Positions 26,122 to 38,062 of a stretch of DNA of 64,000 nt are shown in pieces. Source of the DNA: Phallusia mammillata (taxonomy: Eukaryota); the NCBI GenBank assembly GCA_965637545.1, contig OZ281497.1, positions 23,188,001 through 23,252,000 of the forward strand. Reading direction: 5' to 3'. The notes beneath the pieces were generated by a model. It did not search any database. It was not told where the DNA came from and worked only from the letters and a program-made list of their open reading frames with translations. Position numbers and translations under genes: made by a program. The first letter of the stretch is position 1, and each line of letters opens with the position of its first letter.

Positions 26122-26370
26122 TTGAGTTGTAAACGGGCCTGAAATTAGAAAAAAAAACTTGTAAATTAGAGCCCAACCCGACCGGAACTCGAAAGTACAA
26201 GCCCGAACCCAGGCCCGAACCCAGGCCCGAACCCCAATCGTTTTCGGGAAATCCGTTTATGCCCGAAAGATTGATTGCCAGGCCTAGACATTAAAAGCCT
26301 CCGGAAGGACAAAGACAACCAACACAATAGACAATCGGTCTTGAACAAGGCGGGCTATCTCCCCAAGCCT
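26122..26370. mobile_element. Fragment of the AGAGTTGTAA-terminus MITE family, lying where copy 4 exon 4 would be expected
   Basis: GAGTTGTAAACGGGCC terminus, CCCGAACC repeats and AGACAATCGGTCTTGAAC, shared with 45820-46256, 27958-28180 and 21110-21190. Confidence 0.65.
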
Positions 26371-26515
26371 GAACGATAAAAAAGGTTTGCGTTCGTATGG
26401 TTGAGGGTTGTGTCAAAAGCTAAGCAGATTGCGTACAGCAATAACACTGAATTGTTGTAACCGGAAAGCTTTTTGGAAATGCCAGTGAAAGTCTAGCAAA
26501 GATTACAAATCCAAC

Positions 26516-27239
26516 CTTTCCACCAAGTGCATTGCAAGACCTTGACGTTGATATTTTGGATGCACAAGCATATCATCTATATGCAGATACGGTCGTTGGT
26601 TGACAATCCGTGGCAAGTCTTTTAACATGAATTCCTCAAACTGAAACATAGTAAGATTTTTATCAGTTTGAAATGTAAAATAACATGCGTATCTCATTTC
26701 ATCTCATGATTCTAAAAACTATCAGTATCACATATGTATTAAACGTAGCAGTTATAATATGTAACATTTCAGGTATTTTGAGATGTAAATTACTATGAAC
26801 TATATTTTCAAGAGGCACGGCGTTGTTACATTTCGATATTCTTACCCTTAGTAACTTAGCAAGCGAAGGGGCGTGTACATCGATTTCATAACTGTCCATA
26901 TAGAGATAACTGTCCCAACGGGTAGCAAACGTACAAGCACACATCTCATTCGATTTGACATCAAACGCACCAATGGAAAAGTTTTGAGGGACGACCAACT
27001 AAAATAACGACGTTAAAATGTTACATTAACACCAACAATTTCGTCACATAGACTTTATTGAAGAACCTTTATCTTAGAGATCCCACCTTCATGTAAGCAT
27101 TAATAATAACGTCTTTCTCAAGAGGCGATAGTTGCAAACATTTCATAGTTACTTCCTCTTCCCAATAAAACTCAAAAAGTGTTCGAATGACATTCTCGTC
27201 TTTTGGTGTCAAAAGTCTTGTGCAAAATAGGCCCTCCAT
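26516..27239 (-). pseudogene. GNAT copy 4: exons 1-3 open and spliceable, terminal exon 4 not found nearby
   Basis: Exons 27239-27087, 26998-26846, 26640-26516, closely similar to copy 3. I found no exon-4 homologue on the - strand between 25368 and 26515; unspliced read-through stops within a few codons (TAA at 26503). Confidence 0.65.
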
Positions 27240-27436
27240 GTAGATGGTTAACACGTATTTGTTTGGCTTGCGATTTTTTCGCTGTAGCGCAACAGAATGT
27301 ACTATTCCGCTTACTTGTCTTTGTATAACCTAACCTTCGTACGAATACAGTTTTGGCTTTTAACTGGCGGTTTGCAAAATCTGATAGTAGGTTTTACAGC
27401 TTTGATCAAGCCTTGATTGAGTCCCACTTCAAAGCT

Positions 27437-28777
27437 ATGATAGGAATATCGTTTTGTGTATGCTCACGTTGTACCAGACGAAACGCAGAGATTTGCAAAA
27501 AAGAGACTGTAAAGCAACTAAGTCTGTTTAAACATGCATTTCCTAACAAAGTTTCATTTCCCAATATTTAGATCAATATGTATGACAAATTGGATGTTTT
27601 GCTGTCAAAGGAGTCTGCGAAAACAATTTGTACATACCTGGCCTGCTTCACATACAGAGTTTATTCTGCTTAGGCCTTTCAGTTAACTTTTCTCGTCGTT
27701 GACCAATCACAGCATGTGTACATCAAAGACATGTGTGCATTAGGTACTCATTAACTTGATCCCACACTCGGTATGAATGATAATAATCAATAGCATAGTG
27801 TTGTGACGAGCGAATAGGCTGCATTTGTTGTAGTTGTGTTAGTACATATTTATGTATCTTAGTTTTTTAGGTTACAGACCATATCACATGTTTGTGTAAC
27901 CGCGAGTTAATGTTGTAAAAATCAGTTTGGACGTTAGGCTGAAAGCCAAAACAAACCAGAGTTGTAAGTCGGGGCTGGTTTTTCGGGCCAGGTTGGGGTT
28001 CGGGCTGAGGTTTCTTCAAAAAAACTCTCTTGATTCGGGCCTGACTACACTTTGTGTCAGTATTTTTTTTTTGAATAAATTTAACTAGCTAGGTAGCCAG
28101 TTGTTGGACCTGACCTAATATCAAACAGCGCCTTGTTCAAGACCGATTGTCTAGTTTGATATTAGGTCAGGTCCCGCAAATGATTATCATTCATACCGAG
28201 TGTAAGAATAATTGACGAAGCAACAGCGCTTCCTAACCAGAATCAGTCAACAAATGTTATTTAACGATATATATTTCACCCGTAAGGGCATCATCAGTCG
28301 TCTTATGAATAAGATTCTGGTTAGGAAGCGCTGTTGCTTCGTCAATTATTCTTACAGATAATTCACTATTTAATCAGTGATCGTCGACAGAAGATGCCTA
28401 CTATTTTCGGGAAAGATCCTGTAATAAACACTAAATGTCATACCGAGTGTGGGATCAAGTTAATGAGTACCTAATGCACACATGTCTTTGATGTACACAT
28501 GCTGTGATTGGTCAACGACGAGAAAAGTTAACTGAAAGGCCTAAGCAGAATAAACTCTGTATGTGAAGCAGGCCAGGTATGTACAAATTGTTTTCGCAGA
28601 CTCCTTTGACAGCAAAACATCCAATTTGTCATACATATTGATCTAAATATTGGGAAATGAAACTTTGTTAGGAAATGCATGTTTAAACAGACTTAGTTGC
28701 TTTACAGTCTCTTTTTTGCAAATCTCTGCGTTTCGTCTGTTACAACGTGAGCATACACAAAACGATATTCCTATCAT
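27437..28777. repeat. 340-bp near-perfect inverted repeat pair
   Basis: 27437-27776 is the reverse complement of 28438-28777 with one mismatch seen. Confidence 0.9.
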
Positions 28778-29520
28778 TAACTAGTGTAACGGTTGCAACA
28801 TTATTGTGCAATGTTTATGATATCTATAGCATGTTATTACGCAATAACGTATCACACCACGAAAAGGAAGTGTTTACCCTCATTTCTGCAGAGACTAATG
28901 TTTATATTTCCGTTTCTATGGTAGTCATAGGTTATTTTCAGCCATTTTTCGGGTTCCAGAAAGATCTAACAGTAAACATAGTATTTATTCCCTTTTGACA
29001 CATATTTCCGTCGGCATTTTCAGTGTTTCCGCAGTAGTGTTTCGTGTAGAACGCGTTGTTTCTACCCTGTGTAAAAGCATATGGTGTTCACTAAATGGCG
29101 CTATGGCACTATAATTTACATGGCTACCTGAAAATAAATAATATAAGTAATATGAGAAAAAGAATTCGTACACCGACCTATGTTTCGCACTGTTATATAA
29201 GCGTGGACTTTGATGTGTTCAGCAGGCTATTGGTGGCTTCTATTTCCACCGGGAAAGCTTCTATTGGTGGCTTCTATTTCCACCGGGAAAGCTTCTATTT
29301 TTGGTTTCTATTTTTATCCCATGTGGATGTGTAGCTGATTTGGACGTTCGCCTTTAACGTTATTCAAGAATACAAAGAAAGAAGAGACATATGTGTGGCT
29401 GTTAATCAGTCAGCTGTTATTGAGATGCAAAGATCAGACTCACCAAACAATTTCCAATGAACATCATAGTTTACATTGTAGCCGCCTTTAACAAGTCGTC
29501 ATCGAGGCAGGCGTGCTACA

Positions 29521-29631
29521 CTAGCTAGGTAGCCAATTGCGGGACCTGACCTAATATCAAACTAGACAATCGGTCTTGAACAAGGCGCTGTTTGATATTA
29601 GGTCAGGTCCCGCAATTGGCTACCTAGCTAG
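29521..29631. repeat. Perfect 42-bp hairpin with a 27-nt loop
   Basis: Arms 29521-29562 and 29590-29631; 29537-29687 is also an inverted copy of 28030-28179. Confidence 0.88.
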
Positions 29632-29827
29632 TTAAATTTATTCAAAAAAAAATACTGACACAAAGTGTAAAGTCAGGCCCGAATCAATCACTTTATACTA
29701 TCACAAACAGGTATATATTACAAATTGCAGTTTTATATTCCATTTTCTTCAGGTAAACTTTAATAAAAGTGACAAACTTATTCAAATTATTACAATCATT
29801 AAAAAATGATATTTGTTTTACTGGCCC

Positions 29828-31644
29828 TTAAAACGTACATAAATAAAACGGCTGGGCACTTGCAGAAGGATGCACAAAGCGATTAAATAAAAACAATAAG
29901 TGATAAATTACTAATTTAAGGTTTGCATTTAAGCAAATTTTGTACAAATGTATTGGATGAAGAACTTTGTAGCAAAACACTGAACCAGTATGTGGATATG
30001 GAATATCTTTGAAAACTGCTTCACCGGTGACAGCATCTCTGTACACTGAGTAGAAAACCTCATCACTAAGTTGGTAGGCCAATTTTTTCACCATCTCCTT
30101 TACCTTATAAGTATTGGCCACAATAGTTACCATATCGCACATTTTGTTAAGCGCTATTTCCTCGCATCTAAACCATATTGGTAACAGTGTACAGTGCTGT
30201 AAAGAGGAGGAAAATATTACAACAGTTTGTTTGTATTACTGACAGCAATGTTCGGCAATTTTTAACTTAAAACCTTTGACAAAACTAACTAGTTAATTAT
30301 TCCCCGCTACAATGAGTTCAATGCAACGAACTAGATTGCCGCAGTATAGCCTACGGCCAATGTCCTGTCACCAGCTACAATAACATGACCTTCTAGGCCA
30401 GTGGTTCTCAAACTTTTTCATATTTCTTTCAAAACGATCCCTTTGCCATTATTTCGAGGGCTCGCGGTCCTTAAGGCTGAATGTGTATGTCAGAAAAACA
30501 GAAGTTGATTGCAGGATTTTAGCTAGTTATGCAAAATTGGACATTACTAACAAGACGAAAACATTACGATTGTGCGAGAACAATTGCCTTTTGTTAGTTG
30601 TCATGCAATAAAGGCAAATGTTTAGCAATGGAGACAGTTTGTTCTCAATTATACTTTGATTTGAACTGATTCAGTGGCACAAACCGACGCCAAATAAGAT
30701 TATAGAGGTACTTCAACTTTTTCGCGGTCCCCCCAAAATTGCCTGACGGACCCCTAAAGGACCGCGAACCCCAGTTTGAAAACCGCTGGTCTAGGCCAAA
30801 ACGTTGTCGGCAGCTATTTTAATAGGTTACGTTTGGAATTTACATTATATAACGGTTTTGCTGGAAAGGTAGTAAAGAAGATTAAACAGCAAAAAACTGT
30901 AAAATTTAAAATAGAGACTGAAAATTTTGAAATCACCTTCGCATTATGTACATTGCAAGCCCTTGACGTTGAAAATTTGGGCTGACAACCACAGCATCTA
31001 TGTGTAGATATCTTCGTTTGTTTACAAGTCGTGGCATGTCTTTTAACACCACTTCGTCGAACTGAGGTAATTGACACACGTCTACATTTTAGGTCTCAAA
31101 TATCTGTGCAAACTTTCTACGGACTCTTAAAAACTCTTTTTATGTTTTGTTTTTAAAAGTTTATGTTTTTCTAAAAACTAAATACCTTTATGGATTCAAT
31201 TTTAAAATAAAGATTTACAAAAGAGACAAATAAACAGATAAAACTCACTCTAAGGTTTAATTATCGTAAAGCTACATCTCACCCGTAATATCTTAGTAAG
31301 GGAAGGAGTATTTTCATTAATTTTATAATTCTCCTCGTGTGGATAACCATCCTGTCGTGTAGACAAAGTACAAGCGCATAATTCATCTGATTTCACATCA
31401 AACACCCCAAAAGACACACCTTGAGGAACAACAAACTGAAAATATAGAACGGCTAATTACTACCCAGAAAATAAAATAGAAAGCATCTGACCTTCATATA
31501 AGTTTCCATGATAACGTCCTTCTCAGCCGGCGAAAGTTGTAAACATTTTGAAGTCACTTCTTCCTCCCAATAAACCTCACCAATTTTGAGAATTATTTCT
31601 TTATCTTTTGATGTCAAGAATCTCACATAAAATCAACTGTCCAT
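29828..31644 (-). pseudogene. GNAT copy 5: probable pseudogene
   Basis: Exons 31644-31492, 31435-31283, 31061-30937, 30167-29828. Codon 4 is TGA (31635-31633; Arg in copies 3 and 6), and the C-terminus runs on about 36 codons beyond the paralogues' stop. Confidence 0.75.
30399..30788. mobile_element. hAT-Charlie-type MITE in intron 3 of GNAT copy 5
   Basis: TIRs CAGTGGTTCTCAAAC and GTTTGAAAACCGCTG; TSD TTCTAGGC/GTCTAGGC (7/8). Confidence 0.85.
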
Positions 31645-32617
31645 GTTATAAAAATTTTTTTGCTTCTTTTTAAGGTGTTTGATCTGTTAGTTTTTTAAAT
31701 TCGATCGTGGGTTTTACTGCTTCAAAATCTAAAATAAACAGGATTTAATATCATTGACGATGTTAGTTATTTGAAAAAACGTTTCAGCCCAAACTTTGCA
31801 CCAATCACACCTTGACACGACTTTCTTTTCTGGCCTTTCTGTCCATCGCTAACGTTCAATATCTTTTTATCGTGCTTGTTTAGCGACGTGCTGCAACCAC
31901 GGCTACTTATTAACTGGACTCTGCAAGAGATGCTATACAAGCTCAGTGGCAATATCAATAACATACTAAAGACCCTCACAATGCGTCTGAAAACAATTGC
32001 AGTGCGCTATTTGAACAACCACTTTTAGACGGCTACATACTACTTTATATGATTGTTGCTAGTGGACAACATAATGCAATTAAGATTAATGTTGAAATGG
32101 AGAACTTGGTTTAAATTTTAATTCGGGTAACACACATTTATCACAAAAATTATTTCACGAAAACATGATTGATTCATCACAAAGTTTTCTTTTTGTTGTT
32201 ATGCTATGTTGCAAGTTTTTCTATAATTCGTTTCAGCAGATCAACGCAAAGTGTATTTTAGCAGGTCGACGCACTGTGGGTCAACGCAATAAGTTCTCTA
32301 CTCGCGTGGTTCAAACTTCCACAAGCTTTGTCCTGCAACCTTGATTACACAAACCATTACTAAGGTCAGCCAAACATCTTTAACGTCGGTGTTGGCCTAC
32401 TAGTCCAAACTTTGGCAATTTTGTTTACTCTTTTATTCACCGAATGATTGCATACAGCAGTAGCAGAAAATAGCAAATTCCACTTTGCGCTTTTGCGAAA
32501 TGCCGAAACTAATCAAAGCAATTAATTTAGGCGATATGTCGGGTAAGAATCAGTTTGCAAGTTAAAAAATACATTCCGATTAACAGACAACTCCGCTGTG
32601 AAGTAAACACTCTAAAC

Positions 32618-32907
32618 CAGTGGTTCTCAACCGCCGGTCCGCGTCAACTTTTCTGCCGGTCCGCCAAATAAATTACAAATTTATGTCTTAATTTATTTTT
32701 TTATACCTGAAAGAACCGCTGCGTTTAACACGTATGATATCAAACAGACAGCAGCAAACTTGTCATTAAATTGAATTTTTCATACGTCTTTTGAATTACA
32801 TCTTTTTGTCGTAATTGCATTTTGGGTTGTTTTTTAAAGTCCACCGGTCCGCAAAATTTGTTTAGAAAGTTTACCGGTCCGCAAACTTAAAAGGTTGAGA
32901 ACCACTG
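32618..32907. mobile_element. hAT-Charlie-type MITE about 25 bp past the stop codon of GNAT copy 6
   Basis: TIR CAGTGGTTCTCAACC; perfect 8-bp TSD CTCTAAAC; CCGGTCCGC subterminal repeats. Confidence 0.9.
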
Positions 32908-32931
32908 CTCTAAACCAAACCACTGGATTTT

Positions 32932-34619
32932 TTAACCGCCTCGCTTAGAAGACATGACTTTGTAGCAAAACACAGCACCAGTGTCGGGTGGTGGAATGTT
33001 CTGAAAGATTGCTTCACCGGTGGCTGGGTCCTTATATTCCGAATACAGAACGTAATTATGAAGATGAAATCCCATTTTCTTCATCAGTTGCACGGATTTA
33101 TTGGTATTAGCAACTCCAATAACCATTTCAAATTTCTTCTCCAACGCTATATCCTCGAAACTGGTGAAATAAACACATCGAATAATTTTGCCGTTTATCA
33201 CACTGGGTTACATGCCAGAAGTCAATCTGATGGGGATATTCGACTTTTTGATCATTTAAAGAGAAATTATAAACGAATTTGCCTTGTTGTTGTATCGATT
33301 TTTGCACCTGCTAAATATCCGTTTTATTCCCAAATATTTGAAAACATTCCCAATGGGATATTGCGTACGCATGGGTAGATTTAAACGCCACAACACTAAC
33401 CTTTGCATTAGATGAACTCCTAGACCTTGACGTTGGAATTTTGGATTTACTATTATGACCTCCAAGTGCAAATAAGTTCGGTTATTCACAATTCGTGGCA
33501 TGTCTTCTAACATGAATTCATCGAACTGAAAAGTGCTTGCGATAATATTCACGATATTTTCAATGTTAAAAGGCAATATGATTTTAATGAACAATAAAGC
33601 TTGGATCACATTTAATTATCAAAATAAAATCATCGAATCAACTTATAATAAGTCGTTAACGGTCAGTTGTGGCATAAAACAGGTTGACGAGGCACGACTT
33701 TTCAGCTTACTGCTCCCAACAAACTGAAGTGCTGCATTAGCTCATACGACGGATCTTTCGTCACCAGCTGCACTGATGAGACCTTGTAGGTCGAAACAGT
33801 GTGCACTGTCTGCAGCTTAATTAAGCTTGGCTTCTAAGTTAATTGCTAATTTTAACTAGAGCGTTCTTACAAAAATGAAAGCAAACATATAACAGGATAG
33901 AAATATAATTTCAGTGTTGCTTACCTCAATTGTTTTATTGAGAGAAGGGGTGTGTTTGCCAGTTTCATAACTCCCTGGGTGGAGGAATTTGTTCCACTCT
34001 GTGGCAAAAACGCAACCACACATCTCATTGGATTTGAGATCAAAGACTCCTACCGATACGCCTTGCGGGACAACGAACTGTGGTAAAAATCACTGTCAAA
34101 AACGAAATCGCAATACACCGTATGTTTTACAATGGCGTACAATTTCAAAGGGGGCCTAAAAAAGATCAGTATACCAGTTAAATTGACTTTACAGTCGAAA
34201 GTGGGTTTCGCGTATTATGATTTCTGTGTGATTGTTTAGTTCTTGCTGGTCGGTAATAAACACAAAAAGGCTGATCCAAGTAGTGCATAAATGTTCACAT
34301 TGTCATAGTTATATTATTTCTCAATCCAAATTCCATTGCAGTATACCTGTCAAATTTACTAGGCTACGAAAATGATATAACTAAGGGTAAAAAGTTGTTA
34401 AAGATCAAGCTGATATTAAATCTTCAGCTTATGCAGTTGACCAACAAATGTTGTGCAATACATTACCTCCACGTATGTGTCCATAAAGGAGTCCTTCTCA
34501 GTGACCGATAGTTGCAAGCACTTTGAGGTAACTTCTTCATCAAAATAAAGCAAGAGCAGTGTACGAATCTCTGCTGCGTCTTCTACTGTCAACCGTCTTG
34601 TGCTGAAACGGCTGTCCAT
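32932..34619 (-). CDS. GNAT N-acyltransferase, insect-AANAT-like, copy 6 (intact, ends SKRGG)
   Basis: Exons 34619-34467, 34077-33925, 33525-33401, 33160-32932; motif NPKFQRQGLGVHLM. Confidence 0.85.
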
Positions 34620-35489
34620 ATCTTTAAATACTTTTCAATAACCAAAAGCTACAAGGAGGATCAATAAGGTGTTTTTGATCTATAACTGCAATAGTTGAGA
34701 AAAACTTATATCGTTATTGCGTGATCAAAATTCAGTTTCTAAACCTAAAACTATACAATGGAATCGTTAAAGTAATTACTTCCTGTCGTAACTTACATGC
34801 ACGCATACTCGCCAGCTGGCAGTTTTAGCTATAAACGCGAATTATAAATAAGTTCCTTAATACGCATACTTTTCCTCAAAGTCATCGATTTGTTCAACCC
34901 AAAAATGTCTTGACGTTGTTGCACACAAACTGCATATTAGTTGCTCTAATTCTACTGCTGTTGGAATATAACATTTTTTTGTCCTGGCCTTTATCGCTGA
35001 AGTACAATACCTTTTTTTGTGCTTGTTCTACGACATGTCGTAACCGCAGGCAGTCGCAAATTTTGTAGCGATACCGATATAGGCTAATACCTAACACTTA
35101 AATGTTGTTTTTATTGACTGTTTTCTTCTTGTACTGTTTTCTTTTTGTATTGATTTCTTCAATGTTTTTTTGTATTGTATTGACTAATTAAGTATTTGCG
35201 TGACTGGGCGCTTTAACAATGCTCCTGGAAACAACTGCCCACAGCGGTTTGCAGTCCTAAGACAGCCAAAAACCACCATACCTTCTTATCAGAATAAAGC
35301 AAGAAGCGTTTACGAATCTTAACTGCATCTGATACTCAATTGTCCTGTCTGTCTAACAGCTGTCCCATTTTGAAAATCTATTCAGTAACCAAATGTTACA
35401 GCCCAAAGTTTCACCAGTGTAACTTTGATGTGTAACTGCTGGTTGGAAAACTATTGTGTTATCGCTTGATCTATAGCTAGTCTCTACAC

Positions 35490-36036
35490 CAGGGGTGGGC
35501 AACATACGGCCCGCGAAGGGATTTTGAGCGGCCCGCAGACAGTTTCAGGTCTTACATGATAATGTGGCCCGCGGCCACAGTCTGCCTCAATCCCCCACTA
35601 CTTGCTTACTGCGTCAAATTATAGTTGTAACGGACAGTAACTCGCCCCAATAGCAAAACTTTCCCGCCGCTGTTACCATTGCACCATGCGTCCATTGTTA
35701 CGACATAACTGCCAACCGTGTGTGTGGCCTGCTTTCACGGTTTCCTTTGTTTCCACTTTCCACACGTGTAGCCTAGTTAGTGTTTCAGTATAGAATCTAA
35801 GTCTGTTGTGTATGCATTACATTTGCTGTGGTTAATAATTTTATGTTATATCAGTTAGATTGTTTGGACTGTATTGTATTTTTGATGTTCTTGAATGTAT
35901 TTTGTTTAGGTGGTCAAAAATCCGTTTTAAATCACTGGATAAATACGCGATTAATGTATCGATTCAGGAGTCCGGCCCGCCAAGTACTTCATTTTCCCAT
36001 ATCAGGCCCGCCGACTGGAGAAGTTGCCCGCCCCTG
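35490..36036. mobile_element. hAT-type MITE, 547 bp
   Basis: TIRs CAGGGGTGGGCAAC and GTTGCCCGCCCCTG; perfect 8-bp TSD CTCTACAC; GGCCCGC subterminal repeats. Confidence 0.92.
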
Positions 36037-37590
36037 CTCTACACCTAAAAACTTTACAATACACTCATTTAAGCAAAAACTTACAGTAACTTTTTATGCT
36101 TATAGGCTCCTAATGGTCTGGCATATTTAACAGAACTTGGCAGATTTTTTATTTGAGCTCTGCCCTGTTTATTTTGCGGTCAAACTCTGGTTTGCCTTCA
36201 ACGTCATCGTACATAATCCGTAACCATGCTTTACCACTCAATAGAGAATTTAACGCTAAACTCACATTGGTAGTAGACTAGTAGTCTTGCTTCTTTGCTG
36301 GCATATTTGTAATTCAGTGCCTTACGGGCTCTGCACACCAGACGCGGTTGACGGTTGCAGCTAGCGATGCCAGCGGCAGTGGCTGCTGGCTGATTTTCCG
36401 CGTTTATTCTTTTTTTAGTACCTTCAGATTAACAGTTATATGCAGTGGCGGCTCGTGCCTAAAATTTCTGGGGGTGCTGCTCCAAATTTTAGCCTTTATT
36501 GAACTCATATAAGTTGGCAATATATAGAAAAGCCACATTTCTAGTTTTCTAGCCATTGTTTTGTGTAGAAAAACAAGTTAATACAAATCTTAATTGGCAA
36601 CTCCATTGTGACGTAATGGTTGTTACGTAATAATGCGCACGAGTGTAAACAACAGACGGTATCATTGGGGAATTTTGTTTACTTGCACAGCGTCGGATCA
36701 AACTCAATAACATGCAGTAATAATGTGGCACAAAAACGCACGTGACACAGACTCAAAACGAAGCGGTTGTAAATACAGTAAAACACAACAACAGTACATA
36801 CAAAAAAATTAGTAATAAATGAGTCGAAAAAGGTCGAAGTATTTCAGTTGGACAACATTTAAGTAAAACTGGTTATAACAATGACTACCAACTAACACAC
36901 TTGCTATTCAGTCAATAATATGGTCATGTATCAAGTAACTTATAGCCACAGTCAGCATTTTCAACATATTCTATGACACTTCACAGATTATAATTGCCAC
37001 AAAAAAACTAGCCATAAAGCTTTTTATTTGCATCATAACTGACAAATTGAACAAGCACATTTCATTTGCGTCAGAACTTGTTTATTTTATTCAACATCTT
37101 TTTTTAATTTTTGTGTACAACTATTAATTGTTTTTAAGTTTCTTAACTGCTATACTTGCTGGTTTATTTGGTGGCAAATAGCTTATAATTCCTTTTTTGA
37201 AAGTGCAAAACTCTTCAAGCTTTGAAAATTACAACACTCTCACTTAAATTTGAAACATATTATTAAACCTTGTGCTTCTATTTTACAACCAAAATGAATC
37301 ATAAAGTTATAGTTTGAGCAAAATAATCAATAGCTGCTTCCTTGATTTCCAAGCCTCTTTGGAAATAATGGTGTTCCTTAGAAAAGTGTGCATCCTTTTC
37401 AGTGTTGACGAGAACCGTTTTGCCTTTGAGAGACTCATGGAAATTGCTGGCTAACTGGCTTTTCTTTTTAAAAGTTTCAGTAACTTTTCTAACAACAGGA
37501 TATGCTTGGTGGTCACTACTATCTCCCCTGTAGAATGTTCATTCTTAAGAAACATTTCCTGCGAAGCAATTTAGCAGCTACTGTTTAGAG

Positions 37591-38062
37591 CAGCGGTTCC
37601 CAACCTGTGGTACGCGTACCACTAGTGGTACGCGAAGGTCTTTCAGGTGGTACGCGAGTAGATTTCGTTTTTTTCACAAAAACCTGGATTCACAACTTGT
37701 TTTGTTTATCTAGTTTTGTTTACAGAAAAACGTTACCTAAGCCTAATCTTATTGTTACGTAACTACTCCTGTTGTGTCGTATCATTACGATCAAGTCAAT
37801 TGACAACAAGAAGCATAGCTGCTTTGAAAAACCATACAACGCTGTGGTACAGTGGGCGTTAATCATGTCAAGCAGCGAAAATGCAAGAAATAAAAATCTC
37901 ATCAAATTTAGGTATTGTGCTTTGGTGTTATTTTAACAGGCCAATATTATTATTCTCCATAAAATATGATTCGATCAAATTAGTTGTTCTGCAAGAAGTG
38001 GTACGCGTGGCAGTACAGAGCGTCCAAGTGGTACGAGGTCGTAAAAAGGTTGGGAACCCCTG
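37591..38062. mobile_element. hAT-Charlie-type MITE nested in the 36443-41010 element
   Basis: TIRs CAGCGGTTCCCAACC and GGTTGGGAACCCCTG; perfect TSD GTTTAGAG; GTGGTACGCG repeats. Confidence 0.9.

Noticed and set aside
31633-31635. In-frame TGA as selenocysteine or programmed read-through
   Set aside because: The position is Arg, Gln or His or similar, never Cys, in the paralogues, lies at the extreme N-terminus, and the same copy has also lost its normal stop; simple mutation is more likely.
31767-31979. Small ORF with hydrophobic N-terminus and cationic tail, resembling a secreted peptide
   Set aside because: No recognisable family or gene structure; short ORFs like this arise by chance, and it could be a transposon remnant.
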